Shown here: in pieces, positions 50,337-58,003 of the stretch | How positions within the stretch are numbered: position 1 is the first letter of the stretch | How the letters are laid out: each line of letters begins with the position of its first letter | Origin: an uncultured Chloroflexia bacterium | Lineage (GTDB): Bacteria; Chloroflexota; Limnocylindria; Limnocylindrales; CSP1-4 | Assembly (NCBI GenBank): GCA_963726055.1 | Contig: CAVSAP010000001.1 | Coordinates: forward strand, 35,167 to 99,166 | Length of the DNA: 64,000 nucleotides | Reading direction: 5' to 3' | The notes under the pieces: model-generated | Told to the model about the DNA's origin: nothing | The model's input: the letters and a program-made list of their open reading frames with translations, nothing else | The model's database searches: none | Program-made: the position numbers and the translations under genes

Positions 50337-50401
50337 CTTGTCTCAGCCTGCGCCCGGTTGGGCGAGGTTCGGTTGCCGCCAGTTGCGGGCTCTCTACAGG
50401 C

Positions 50402-50471
50402 ACGCTATGGCTGCGACCTTGATTAGGCCCTTGAATCGGTGCCCACCCGCATAGCCCCTTCGGCGGGTTCG
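50402..50471 (-). promoter_or_regulatory. promoter module B: TCAAGG-N6-TCAAGG, N9, -10 TAGCGT, plus a 23-bp upstream element
   Basis: Repeats at 50417-50422 and 50429-50434; -10 at 50402-50407. Confidence 0.65.
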
Positions 50472-50516
50472 GGGCGGGCAGAAGTCCTGTCGAGGAATCG
50501 GTGAGATCACGTGGGG

Positions 50517-50670
50517 GAAAAGGATTGAGCCGCGTCCGATAATGGACGCGGCTCAATGAGTGCGTACGAGCCCCGTGGACGGTAGAGCGCCTCGAGTGCG
50601 CCCTCACTGGACCCAGAAAGTCGATATGAGCCCGATCGCCTGAGGGAGAAGATCCTCAGCAGCGGTGGGA
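50517..50670 (-). ncRNA. candidate ~150-nt structured sRNA
   Basis: Bounded by a promoter motif (50677-50709) and a 14-bp terminator hairpin (50524-50557); two internal stems; no start codon plus RBS found. Confidence 0.4.
50524..50557 (-). terminator. perfect 14-bp hairpin ATTGAGCCGCGTCC-N6-GGACGCGGCTCAAT followed by CCTTTT
   Basis: Seen directly in the sequence. Confidence 0.75.
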
Positions 50671-50676
50671 TTCAGA

Positions 50677-50710
50677 ACATTGAGGCCGCCACCTTACGGC
50701 GAACCTTGCA
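50677..50710 (-). promoter_or_regulatory. promoter C: TGCAAGG-N6-GTAAGG, N9, -10 CAATGT
   Basis: CCTT at 50692 and 50704 (12-bp period). Confidence 0.55.
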
Positions 50711-50764
50711 ATGGTGCGTGCGCGAGTAGCCCATTCGGTCCTGTGGCGGTGACGATCGTCCCGG

Positions 50765-52297
50765 TCAGCCCTCGCCCGGTGGTTCACCGGGCAGGAAGAT
50801 GCTGAACGCGGCACCTCCGCCCGCCACCCGCGGCTCGAGGACGAGATCGCCGTCCATGGCCCGACACAGCTCGCGCGAGACGTACAGCCCCAGGCCGCTG
50901 CCATCCTCCGGGCCCATCGAGGCGCCACGGACGAACCGGCCGAACAACCGGGCGCGATCCGCTTCCGGCACGCCCGGCCCGCCGTCGGAGATCGTCATCC
51001 GGACCCTCGCCGGTGTCTCCTCGGCGGCCACGTCGACGCGGATCGGCGTCCGGTGGCCGTACTTCACGGCGTTGTCCAGCAGCGCCCAGAGGACCTGGTC
51101 GAGCTGATCGGTGTCGGCGATCGCCAGCCAACCGTCGGATCGGTCGTCGATCTCGAACGGCGTGTCGGCGGCGCCGAGGGCCTCCCACGCCCGGCGGACC
51201 CGCGGCCCGAGCGAGACCACCTCGCCCCGCGGATGCAGGGCGCCCGACTCGAGTCGGGTGACGGTCAGCAGCTGGCGAACCATCCGCGACAGGCGCTCCG
51301 CCTGCTCCGCGATGATCCCGAGGCGGCGGTCCGGCCGGTCGCCGTCCAGCTGATGCGCGTACGCACGGATGCTGGTCAGCGGCGTCTGGAGGTTGTGGCT
51401 GACGCCGCGAAGGAAGTCGTCCTTGGCCGCGTCGAGCTCGAGCAGCTGGTGGTTCTGGGCCTCGACCCGGGCGAACAGCTCGGCATTCCGGATGGCCACG
51501 GCGACTTCGCTGGCGTACAGCTCGAGGAGATCCTGGTCGGCCCGATCCCACCCCCGCGTCGCCGGCAGGTGACCGACGAGCAGCCCGAGTTCCTCCTCAC
51601 CGGCGCGCAGGGTTGCCCGGACCGGCAGCGGCTCGCCCGGGATCCGCGGCTCCGGCGGGATCTGTGCCGGGTCGACGAGCAGGATCCAGCAGTCGACCAT
51701 GCCGAAGGCGGCCCGGGCGTCGGACGAGGCCCGCCCGGCGAGGAACTCGACGCCGTCGCGCGGAGACGCGGTCTCGAGCGCCGCGAGAATCCGCCCGAGC
51801 TCGCGGTTCCGGCGCTCGAGCGTCGCGGCGAGCCGGTTGTGGCTGTCGGCGAGGTGGGCCAGCTCGTCGTTGCCCGGCACGATGATGGGGGTCGACAGGT
51901 CGCCGGCGGAGACACGATCGACGGCCGACGCGATCGCCCGCAGCGGGCCCATCAGGTCCGCCGTGAGGAGGTAGCCGAGCAGGATCCCGAGCAGGGCGGC
52001 CATGACGACCGTGAACAGGAGCAGCCGGCCGATCGTTCCGACCGGTCCGACGTTGTCGCCGACGAGCAGGACCACCAGCCCGAAGCTGGCCAGCGGGATG
52101 ATCGCGGCCGCGACCAGGCCGATCGTGAGCCGCGAGCGGAACGGCAGGTTGAACGACGACCGCCCATCACCTTCGTCGTCGCGGTCGCGGGGATCATCGA
52201 TTGCAAGGAGAGCCGCGACCATTGCCGATCGCTCATCGTCGTCGGCCGGGAGATCCTGGCTGGCGGCTCCGGGAACCGGCTGCACGCCGTCAGCCAT
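50765..52297 (-). CDS. sensor histidine kinase (2 TM, HAMP, GAF-like, HisKA, HATPase_c)
   Basis: H-box 'VSHNLQTPLTSIR', N-box 'LLDNAVKYG', 'DGGPGVP', 'GSGLGLYV'; HAMP 'GPLRAIASAVDRVSAGDLS'. Confidence 0.92.
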   Translation of the reverse strand: MADGVQPVPGAASQDLPADDDERSAMVAALLAIDDPRDRDDEGDGRSSFNLPFRSRLTIGLVAAAIIPLASFGLVVLLVGDNVGPVGTIGRLLLFTVVMAALLGILLGYLLTADLMGPLRAIASAVDRVSAGDLSTPIIVPGNDELAHLADSHNRLAATLERRNRELGRILAALETASPRDGVEFLAGRASSDARAAFGMVDCWILLVDPAQIPPEPRIPGEPLPVRATLRAGEEELGLLVGHLPATRGWDRADQDLLELYASEVAVAIRNAELFARVEAQNHQLLELDAAKDDFLRGVSHNLQTPLTSIRAYAHQLDGDRPDRRLGIIAEQAERLSRMVRQLLTVTRLESGALHPRGEVVSLGPRVRRAWEALGAADTPFEIDDRSDGWLAIADTDQLDQVLWALLDNAVKYGHRTPIRVDVAAEETPARVRMTISDGGPGVPEADRARLFGRFVRGASMGPEDGSGLGLYVSRELCRAMDGDLVLEPRVAGGGAAFSIFLPGEPPGEG

Positions 52298-53027
52298 CGG
52301 CCGGTGGTTCCACCGCTACGAGCCGGTAGCCGACGCCCCGCACGGTCTGGAGGTGGACCGGGTGGTTCGGGTCGATCTCGACCTTCTGGCGGAGCCGGCG
52401 CATCGTGACCCAGACGTATGACGGGTCGGCGTCCTCGGTCTCGGCCCAGCCTCGGACGAGCAGGGTCTCGGTCGTCACCGTCTGGCCGATGTTCGCCGCC
52501 AGCGCGTACAGCAATCGGGACTCGGTCGGCGTGAGCGAGACCGGATTCGCCCCGACGGTCGCCTGGCGACGATGAAGGTCGAGCGTCAGGTTCGGGCCGA
52601 GACGGAGACTCTGCCGCGGGACCTTGTCCCCGAGGCGCTTGAGGACCCTGTTGATCCGCGCCCGGAGCTCCGGATAGTGGTACGGCTTGGTGACGTAATC
52701 CTCAGCGACCTCTTCGAGGAGGTCCGCCTTGGAGTCGCTGGCATCGATCGCCGACAGGACGATGATCGGCAGATCGGCCTGGCCCTTGATCTCGCGGGCC
52801 AGGGTCAGCCCGTCCATCCGGGGCATCATCATGTCGATGATCAGGAGATCGGGCCAGCCCGACCGCAGCCGGCGCAGCGCCTCGTCGCCGTCCCGCGCGG
52901 TCTGGATCTCGTAGCCGTCCGCCCGCAACTGGTCGGCCAGGAGGACGAGCTGGTTCGGGTCGTCATCGACGAGGAGGATTCGGGGGGCCGTCTCGCCACC
53001 GTATGCGCCTGATGGACCGCTGAGCAT
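52290..53027 (-). CDS. OmpR/PhoB family response regulator
   Basis: 'ILLVDDD', phospho-Asp 'LIIDMMMPRMDG', 'DYVTKPY', winged helix 'LTPTESRLL...RRLRQKVE...QTVRGVGYRL'; leaderless TATACT-N6-ATG. Confidence 0.95.
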   Translation of the reverse strand: MLSGPSGAYGGETAPRILLVDDDPNQLVLLADQLRADGYEIQTARDGDEALRRLRSGWPDLLIIDMMMPRMDGLTLAREIKGQADLPIIVLSAIDASDSKADLLEEVAEDYVTKPYHYPELRARINRVLKRLGDKVPRQSLRLGPNLTLDLHRRQATVGANPVSLTPTESRLLYALAANIGQTVTTETLLVRGWAETEDADPSYVWVTMRRLRQKVEIDPNHPVHLQTVRGVGYRLVAVEPPADG

Positions 53028-53087
53028 GGCCCGAGTATAGGCAGAGGCGGATCAGGCTCCGCAAGGTCTCAGGCGTGGATCGGGGAC

Positions 53088-54080
53088 TCAGCCGCTGGGA
53101 GCCGGGGCCGACGGGGCGGCCGATTTCGTCGCCCTCGGTGCCTTCGCCTTGCCGGCACCGACCACGACCGCATCGAGGGAACCGTCGCTGCGTTTGACTC
53201 CTGTTGCCACGAGCCGGTTGCCGATCTCGACGTTGGCGATGGTCGCCTTCGCTCCATTCAGGCCCCGCACGAGGTAGCGAGTGTCGGCGTCGACATGGAT
53301 GACGACGCTCGAGCCGTCGCGCTGCTTGACGGTGATCGTGTCCGCCGTCTTGGCCGTGACCTCGCCACCGACGCGGGACAGCGAGATCCGGACGATCGTC
53401 GCGGTGAAGGCATCGCTCGAGCCGGGCGCGCCCGTGGCGGTGATCTTCGAGCCGACCTTGACGTCGGCCTTCGTCGCGTCGACTCCACCCTGTCGGTACA
53501 CGGTCGAGCCGTTCACGGTCAGCGTCGTCGTGCTTCCGCCGCGTCGCTTGATCGTGATGGAATTGCCGCTCACGGCTGTGACTTCACCACCGGCCCTGGC
53601 GGCAGGCACGGTCAGGGAGACGACCGTGAACGAGCCGTCGGCATTCTTTGTCTGCCGGAGCCGGACTTCGTGGCCGACGGCCAGGTCGCCGACCTGCCCT
53701 GCCTCCTTGCCAAGGAAGATCTTCGTGTCGGCGGCGACAACGATCGTGCGAGTCCAGCCGTCCGCGGTCTTCAGACCGATGGTCGAGCCATTGATGCTCG
53801 TGATCGTGATGGGTCCGAACGCCGAGCCGCCGCGCGACTTCTTGCCCTGACCGCCGCCGTTTGCTCGATCGCCTGCCTTGTCGGAGGCGGCTGCGGACGC
53901 CGCGGCACCGCTTGGGGCCGGATCCGCGCCGGGCGACGTTCGCGGGGCCGAGGAGGCGCCGAGGACGACGGCCACGCCGACGCCCAGAACCAGGCAGGCC
54001 GCCACGATGCCGGTGCGGGCAGCCTGCCCGCCGCCGGAGCGTCGGGGAGTCGGCGGGACAGGGGCGATCTCGTAGGTCAC
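53088..54080 (-). CDS. DUF5666 repeat membrane-anchored protein
   Basis: N-terminal TM, then three 'G.(V/I)T...G..IT.K..DG....(I/V).V...T' repeats. Confidence 0.8.
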   Translation of the reverse strand: MTYEIAPVPPTPRRSGGGQAARTGIVAACLVLGVGVAVVLGASSAPRTSPGADPAPSGAAASAAASDKAGDRANGGGQGKKSRGGSAFGPITITSINGSTIGLKTADGWTRTIVVAADTKIFLGKEAGQVGDLAVGHEVRLRQTKNADGSFTVVSLTVPAARAGGEVTAVSGNSITIKRRGGSTTTLTVNGSTVYRQGGVDATKADVKVGSKITATGAPGSSDAFTATIVRISLSRVGGEVTAKTADTITVKQRDGSSVVIHVDADTRYLVRGLNGAKATIANVEIGNRLVATGVKRSDGSLDAVVVGAGKAKAPRATKSAAPSAPAPSG

Positions 54081-54217
54081 ATCATGCCTCGGTTGTGGTC
54101 GCGGGTGCGTCGCTGCCCTAGCCTACTGCCCCGAATCCGTCGCGCTAGGGGGTCGAGGTCCTGCCGCGACGGTTGATGGTGCGCGTGCGCGCCATCGCCG
54201 CACGGCTCAGCTGCCGC

Positions 54218-54355
54218 TCAGCCGCCGATCCCCTGCAGGCCGTACATCCAGATCGCGATGAGGCCGCCGAAGATCACGACGATGATCGTCATCACGATGA
54301 GCGCGGTCATGGTCCGGTTTCGATCCGTGCGGGGCGATCGGCCGGGGTCGGTCAT
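54218..54355 (-). CDS. 45-aa single-pass membrane protein coupled to TadG-like copy 1
   Basis: ATGA overlap; MTDPGRSPRTDRNRTMTALIVMTIIVVIFGGLIAIWMYGLQGIGG; below the ORF-track length cutoff. Confidence 0.6.
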   Translation of the reverse strand: MTDPGRSPRTDRNRTMTALIVMTIIVVIFGGLIAIWMYGLQGIGG

Positions 54356-56590
54356 TCAACGACGAGGTGGACCAGGTTCTCGAGGATGGCCACTTGCCAT
54401 GTGGTCGTGTCGTTGGCCTTGGCGACCTCGTACTCGATTTTCCACCAGCCAGGTTCGGTTTCTGTGCCGGGTGTGAGCCCGCCGTCACCGTAGGTCGCCG
54501 ATAGCGGGATGGTGATCGTGATGACGCTGTTGTCGAAGCTGCTGAGGCCGCCGACCGCGGTTCTGATGGAGGTCCGGCCCGATGCCGCGCAGGCGTCGCT
54601 CGTCCCGGAGTTGCATTCGCCGTCGGCTTGATAGTCGAACGTTGCGTAGGAGTAGGAGCCGCCGTCGGGATTCATGATGCGAAGGGTGGCACCACCTGCG
54701 ACGTCGCCCGGGTCGAACAACTTGATCTCCATCGTCTTTCCCCGGTGAACGGCCTCGATCTGCGCGAGGTAGAACCGCTGGCGATCCGTGGGATTGGTGC
54801 CAGTCAGGTTGGAGTAGGCCGCCATCTTGCCGAGCCCGTACACGCGGGCGGATCCAGTCCCGCCGCCGTCGCCGACGTAGATCGACCAGAGGTTCTCGGC
54901 GGCCGTCGCGGCATTGCCCGGATGACTCGTCTTGACGTTGAGGCGGTATTTCGCGGCCGATAGCCCGGTGTTCATCGTGACCCAGGCGTTATGCGCGGGA
55001 TCGCTCTGGCAATCGGCAATCGGGCCGCCTGTGGGGATGTCACCTGCTCCCGGACCGCCGACGTCTGGATCATCAAACTCGCCGCTCTGGTTCGAGGCGC
55101 GGCTCGTGTAGGGCGGCAGGGTCGAGACCTGTGTGTCGTCACTCGGGTCGAGAACCGTGCCGTTGGTGTTGTAGAGGGTGAACTCCGTCGTGACCGGCCC
55201 GTTGGCGGTGCCCCCACTGGCGGGAAGGGTGGTCCAGTGATCGCCGGCGCCGTAGTTCCCGCTGCCGGCGGGGTTCACTCCCGTCGCGCAGAAGACCGGG
55301 TCGAAGAGATGGACTCGCCCGTTCGACGCGCCAAACTCGACGATGTAGTCGTAGCCTTCGACGATCTGCTCTGCGTTCAGTGCCGACGAGCCACCGGCGT
55401 ACCAGTGCGGCGAATACCGATCTCCGTTCTGGCGGACGCCGCCCGCCGTGAAGACCGCGCCCCAGAAGCCCTGGCTCGTGGGCGCCACCGTCTCACCGGG
55501 CGGGGGCGGGACAGGGACTGTGACCGGCGTGTAGGTGATGGGCCCGGGGAGCATCGGGTGGTACGTGACGCGGACCTCGAGCGTGTCAACGGATGCCCTG
55601 GAGCTCGCGTCACAACCGCTCAGCTTGTTCCACGTCAGACGAACCCGAAAGTTTGCGTCGGTGAAGCTGGAGAACGCCCACGAGCCTGCCCCGGGCGGTC
55701 GCGGCCAGCCCGGACAGGCCCGAGGCGCTGCCGATCGTGTACTCGTCCTCGGACGTGGTCAGATCCTGGTTCAGGGCCGTCGTGGTCCAGGCCAATCCAC
55801 CGTTCCAGGACAGATTCGTCTGGAGCTGGCAGTTCGAGGCGCTCCCGCCGCTCCCAGTGATGACGGCGCGGTATCGAACCTCGATCCCCTCGATCACGGC
55901 GCCGGTCGGGATGCCGGTGCCGCCGCTCGTGAGCCCGAAGTCACCCCATTGCTGGGCGGATCCGTCCGCCGCCAGGCTGACAGCGAAGTCGTCGTCGTCC
56001 TGGTCGTCGGCGTTTTCGGGAGTCGCCCAGCTGCCGGCAGACGGCGTTCCGGGGCTACGGAAGGTGGTATCCGTGGTGGGACCTGGCACGGGTGGTGCCT
56101 GGACGCGATCGAGCTTTTCGAACGTTCCGACGCCATACCACTGCTGCGGGCTGCCCATCTTCAGGGGCAGGTTGAACTCGGCATGGGCGGTTCGTGACAC
56201 GGTGAAGGATTGCATCCCCACGACCCGCATGAAGAACGTGCCGACCGGCACCGTGATCTTGACGTTCAACCTGTAGGGGTTCGCCTGCGGGTCCCAGCTC
56301 GGGCTGACGACGACGCCGCCGACTCCATCGTCATAGCCGTTCTTGATCGCCTCCTTGTGGGCGAGCTGGTATCCGCGGGGCGGATCAGCCGGCAGCGTGA
56401 CCGCTCCGGCGAGCGCGGCCGCGTCTGCGGCACGCTGGATCTTCAGGGCGCTCGACCAGAGCCAGCTCAGGTCGATGACGATCGCCATCATCAGCGTCAT
56501 GACGAGCATCGCCCCGGCGAAGATCACGATGACCTGCCCGTTCGATCGACGGTCGGCCGGCGCCGCCAGGAGGTCCGGCCGCTCAGCCAT
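54352..56590 (-). CDS. TadG-like pseudopilin/adhesin, copy 1 (frameshift ~55710)
   Basis: 'NGQVIVIFAGAMLVMTLMMAIVIDLSWLW...QRAADAAALAGA'; C-half in ORF 54352-55554; an extra G in 'tccGggctgg' breaks the frame. Confidence 0.82.
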
Positions 56591-57206
56591 CCTGGAACGG
56601 CTCCAGGGCCATGATCGTGCGGTCCGTGATGCGCAGGTTTCCCGCACCGCCGATCCTCAGAAACGTCCCGAGCGGGGTGATCGCGTTGTAGTCGTATTTC
56701 AACGACACGCCGATCGAGTCGGGTTCAGCCGTCGGGGTCAGGAATTTCTCGCGTGAACAGGCGCTCCACGGCTGGCTGATCGGCCTCCACACCAGGGGAG
56801 TGTTGTCGACTCGCCGGCCATCCGAGCCGGGCACCCAGACATTCACTGGGCCAGCCTCGCCACCCGTGGCGTTGGCCTTGTAGATGCGGATTTCCACGAC
56901 CTGATCCCTTGGCACCTGCGAGCCCGGCGACGTGATCACCCGCTGCACCGCAGCGATGATCAGGTCATCGACATTCTCCAGGCTGTTGGGTGCGCAGAGC
57001 ACCGTCTTCGTGCCGTTTGCGAGCGCGGCACCGACACGGGCCCCCTCGCGGGTGGCGTACTCGAGTGTCAGGTGATGCGAGAAGGCGAGACCGAACTCGA
57101 GCATCCCGAAGAGGATGACCATGAAGGCCGGCAGAAGGATCGCAAACTCGACGAGGCCCTGGCCTCGCCGACCCAATCTCGTAGCGCGCCCTGGCCGCCG
57201 AGTCAC
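56583..57206 (-). CDS. TadE-family pseudopilin
   Basis: 'RRGQGLVEFAILLPAFMVILFGMLEFGLAFSHHLTLEYATREGARVGA'; paralog of 46389-47018. Confidence 0.9.
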   Translation of the reverse strand: MTRRPGRATRLGRRGQGLVEFAILLPAFMVILFGMLEFGLAFSHHLTLEYATREGARVGAALANGTKTVLCAPNSLENVDDLIIAAVQRVITSPGSQVPRDQVVEIRIYKANATGGEAGPVNVWVPGSDGRRVDNTPLVWRPISQPWSACSREKFLTPTAEPDSIGVSLKYDYNAITPLGTFLRIGGAGNLRITDRTIMALEPFQDG

Positions 57207-57865
57207 AGCACGGGCTCCATCCGCATGACGCTGTCCCTGACCAGCCTGGTGGTGCCGCTGGAGCCCCCAAACAGGCCGCCGAGGGGCGTATGCCAGACGT
57301 AGTCATAGGTCACTCGGACCCCGATCTGATCGACGCCGATCTGCGTGGGCGTGCAGCCGATGATGCGGTTGCACCGGTTGAGCGGCGGATACGAATCGCC
57401 GCTGACCGTGTAGGGAACCGCCAGCGCTGGGGCTCCGCCTGGCATCGGGCAGGTCTTCATGCCTCCCCGATCGTAGGTCGTGATGTTCCCCGTCTCATTG
57501 CCGGCGCGATCAGCGCGGAAGATCTCGACCTTGATGATCCGGTTGCGGTCGGCAGGCACCGTGACGCTCGCATCGACTGCCTCCAGGATCAGGCAATCAG
57601 ACCGGCTGAGGTTGCCTGCCTCGGCCGCAATCAGCGACGCCTCGCGGCTGGCGAAGTTGATCGCCAGGTAGGAGTTGAAGAGAAACCCGAACTCGACCAC
57701 GGACATGATGAGCAACATGAACAGCGGCAGGACAAGCGCGAATTCGGTGAGGGTCTGGCCGGAGCCACGCCGGCTCCGCCGACCTCTGGTCGGCGGCCGG
57801 CCCCCCTCGTTGGATCGCGACACGATTGCTCGATTACCCCGGAAAGACGCGTGCGGATACGGCAC
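57203..57865 (-). CDS. TadE-family pseudopilin
   Basis: 'GSGQTLTEFALVLPLFMLLIMSVVEFGFLF...ASREASLIAA'; paralog of 47015-47677. Start at 57865 or 57823. Confidence 0.9.
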   Translation of the reverse strand: MPYPHASFRGNRAIVSRSNEGGRPPTRGRRSRRGSGQTLTEFALVLPLFMLLIMSVVEFGFLFNSYLAINFASREASLIAAEAGNLSRSDCLILEAVDASVTVPADRNRIIKVEIFRADRAGNETGNITTYDRGGMKTCPMPGGAPALAVPYTVSGDSYPPLNRCNRIIGCTPTQIGVDQIGVRVTYDYVWHTPLGGLFGGSSGTTRLVRDSVMRMEPVL

Positions 57866-57881
57866 GTTGGGTGAGGTCTGG

Positions 57882-57916
57882 AGGGTACCGGATCAGTCCT
57901 TACGATCCACCTTGCA
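57882..57916 (-). promoter_or_regulatory. promoter D: TGCAAGG-N6-GTAAGG, N10, -10 TACCCT
   Basis: CCTT at 57898 and 57910 (12-bp period); -10 at 57882-57887. Confidence 0.6.
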
Positions 57917-58003
57917 GTGATGGGGAAATGTGCGGTCTGGTGCAGTTCGGTGCAGATCTGACCAGTACTTCTGGCCCATGACCCTCGGTCCGGCGATCCC
58001 CGG

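Noticed and set aside
50350-50475. c-di-GMP-II or c-di-AMP riboswitch in the duplicated element (GGGCAC/GTGCC, CCCGAACCCG)
   Set aside because: The pseudoknot-like pairing is not conserved in the second copy, and most of the element lies upstream of a conserved -10 box, so a DNA-level promoter module explains it better. A cmscan would settle this.
48007-50557. Hairpins as REP, attC or CRISPR repeats or IS ends
   Set aside because: Only two copies occur, there is no integrase, transposase or cas gene, and their position and U-rich tails fit intrinsic terminators.
50340-50765. Hidden Flp pilin gene in Tad intergenic regions (also 47680-48070 and 57870-58000)
   Set aside because: Translation of the frames showed no G|xxxxEY prepilin motif with a hydrophobic helix.
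3063-55720. About ten single-base frameshifts (3165, 23540, 27937, 40605, 43265, 43572, 44925, 45150, 48680, 48745, 55710) as programmed frameshifting, phase variation or mass pseudogenisation
   Set aside because: They are scattered across unrelated genes, mostly in short G/C runs, and both halves remain intact with no in-frame stops. This fits consensus or long-read indel error best. Phase variation in the adhesins cannot be fully excluded without reads.
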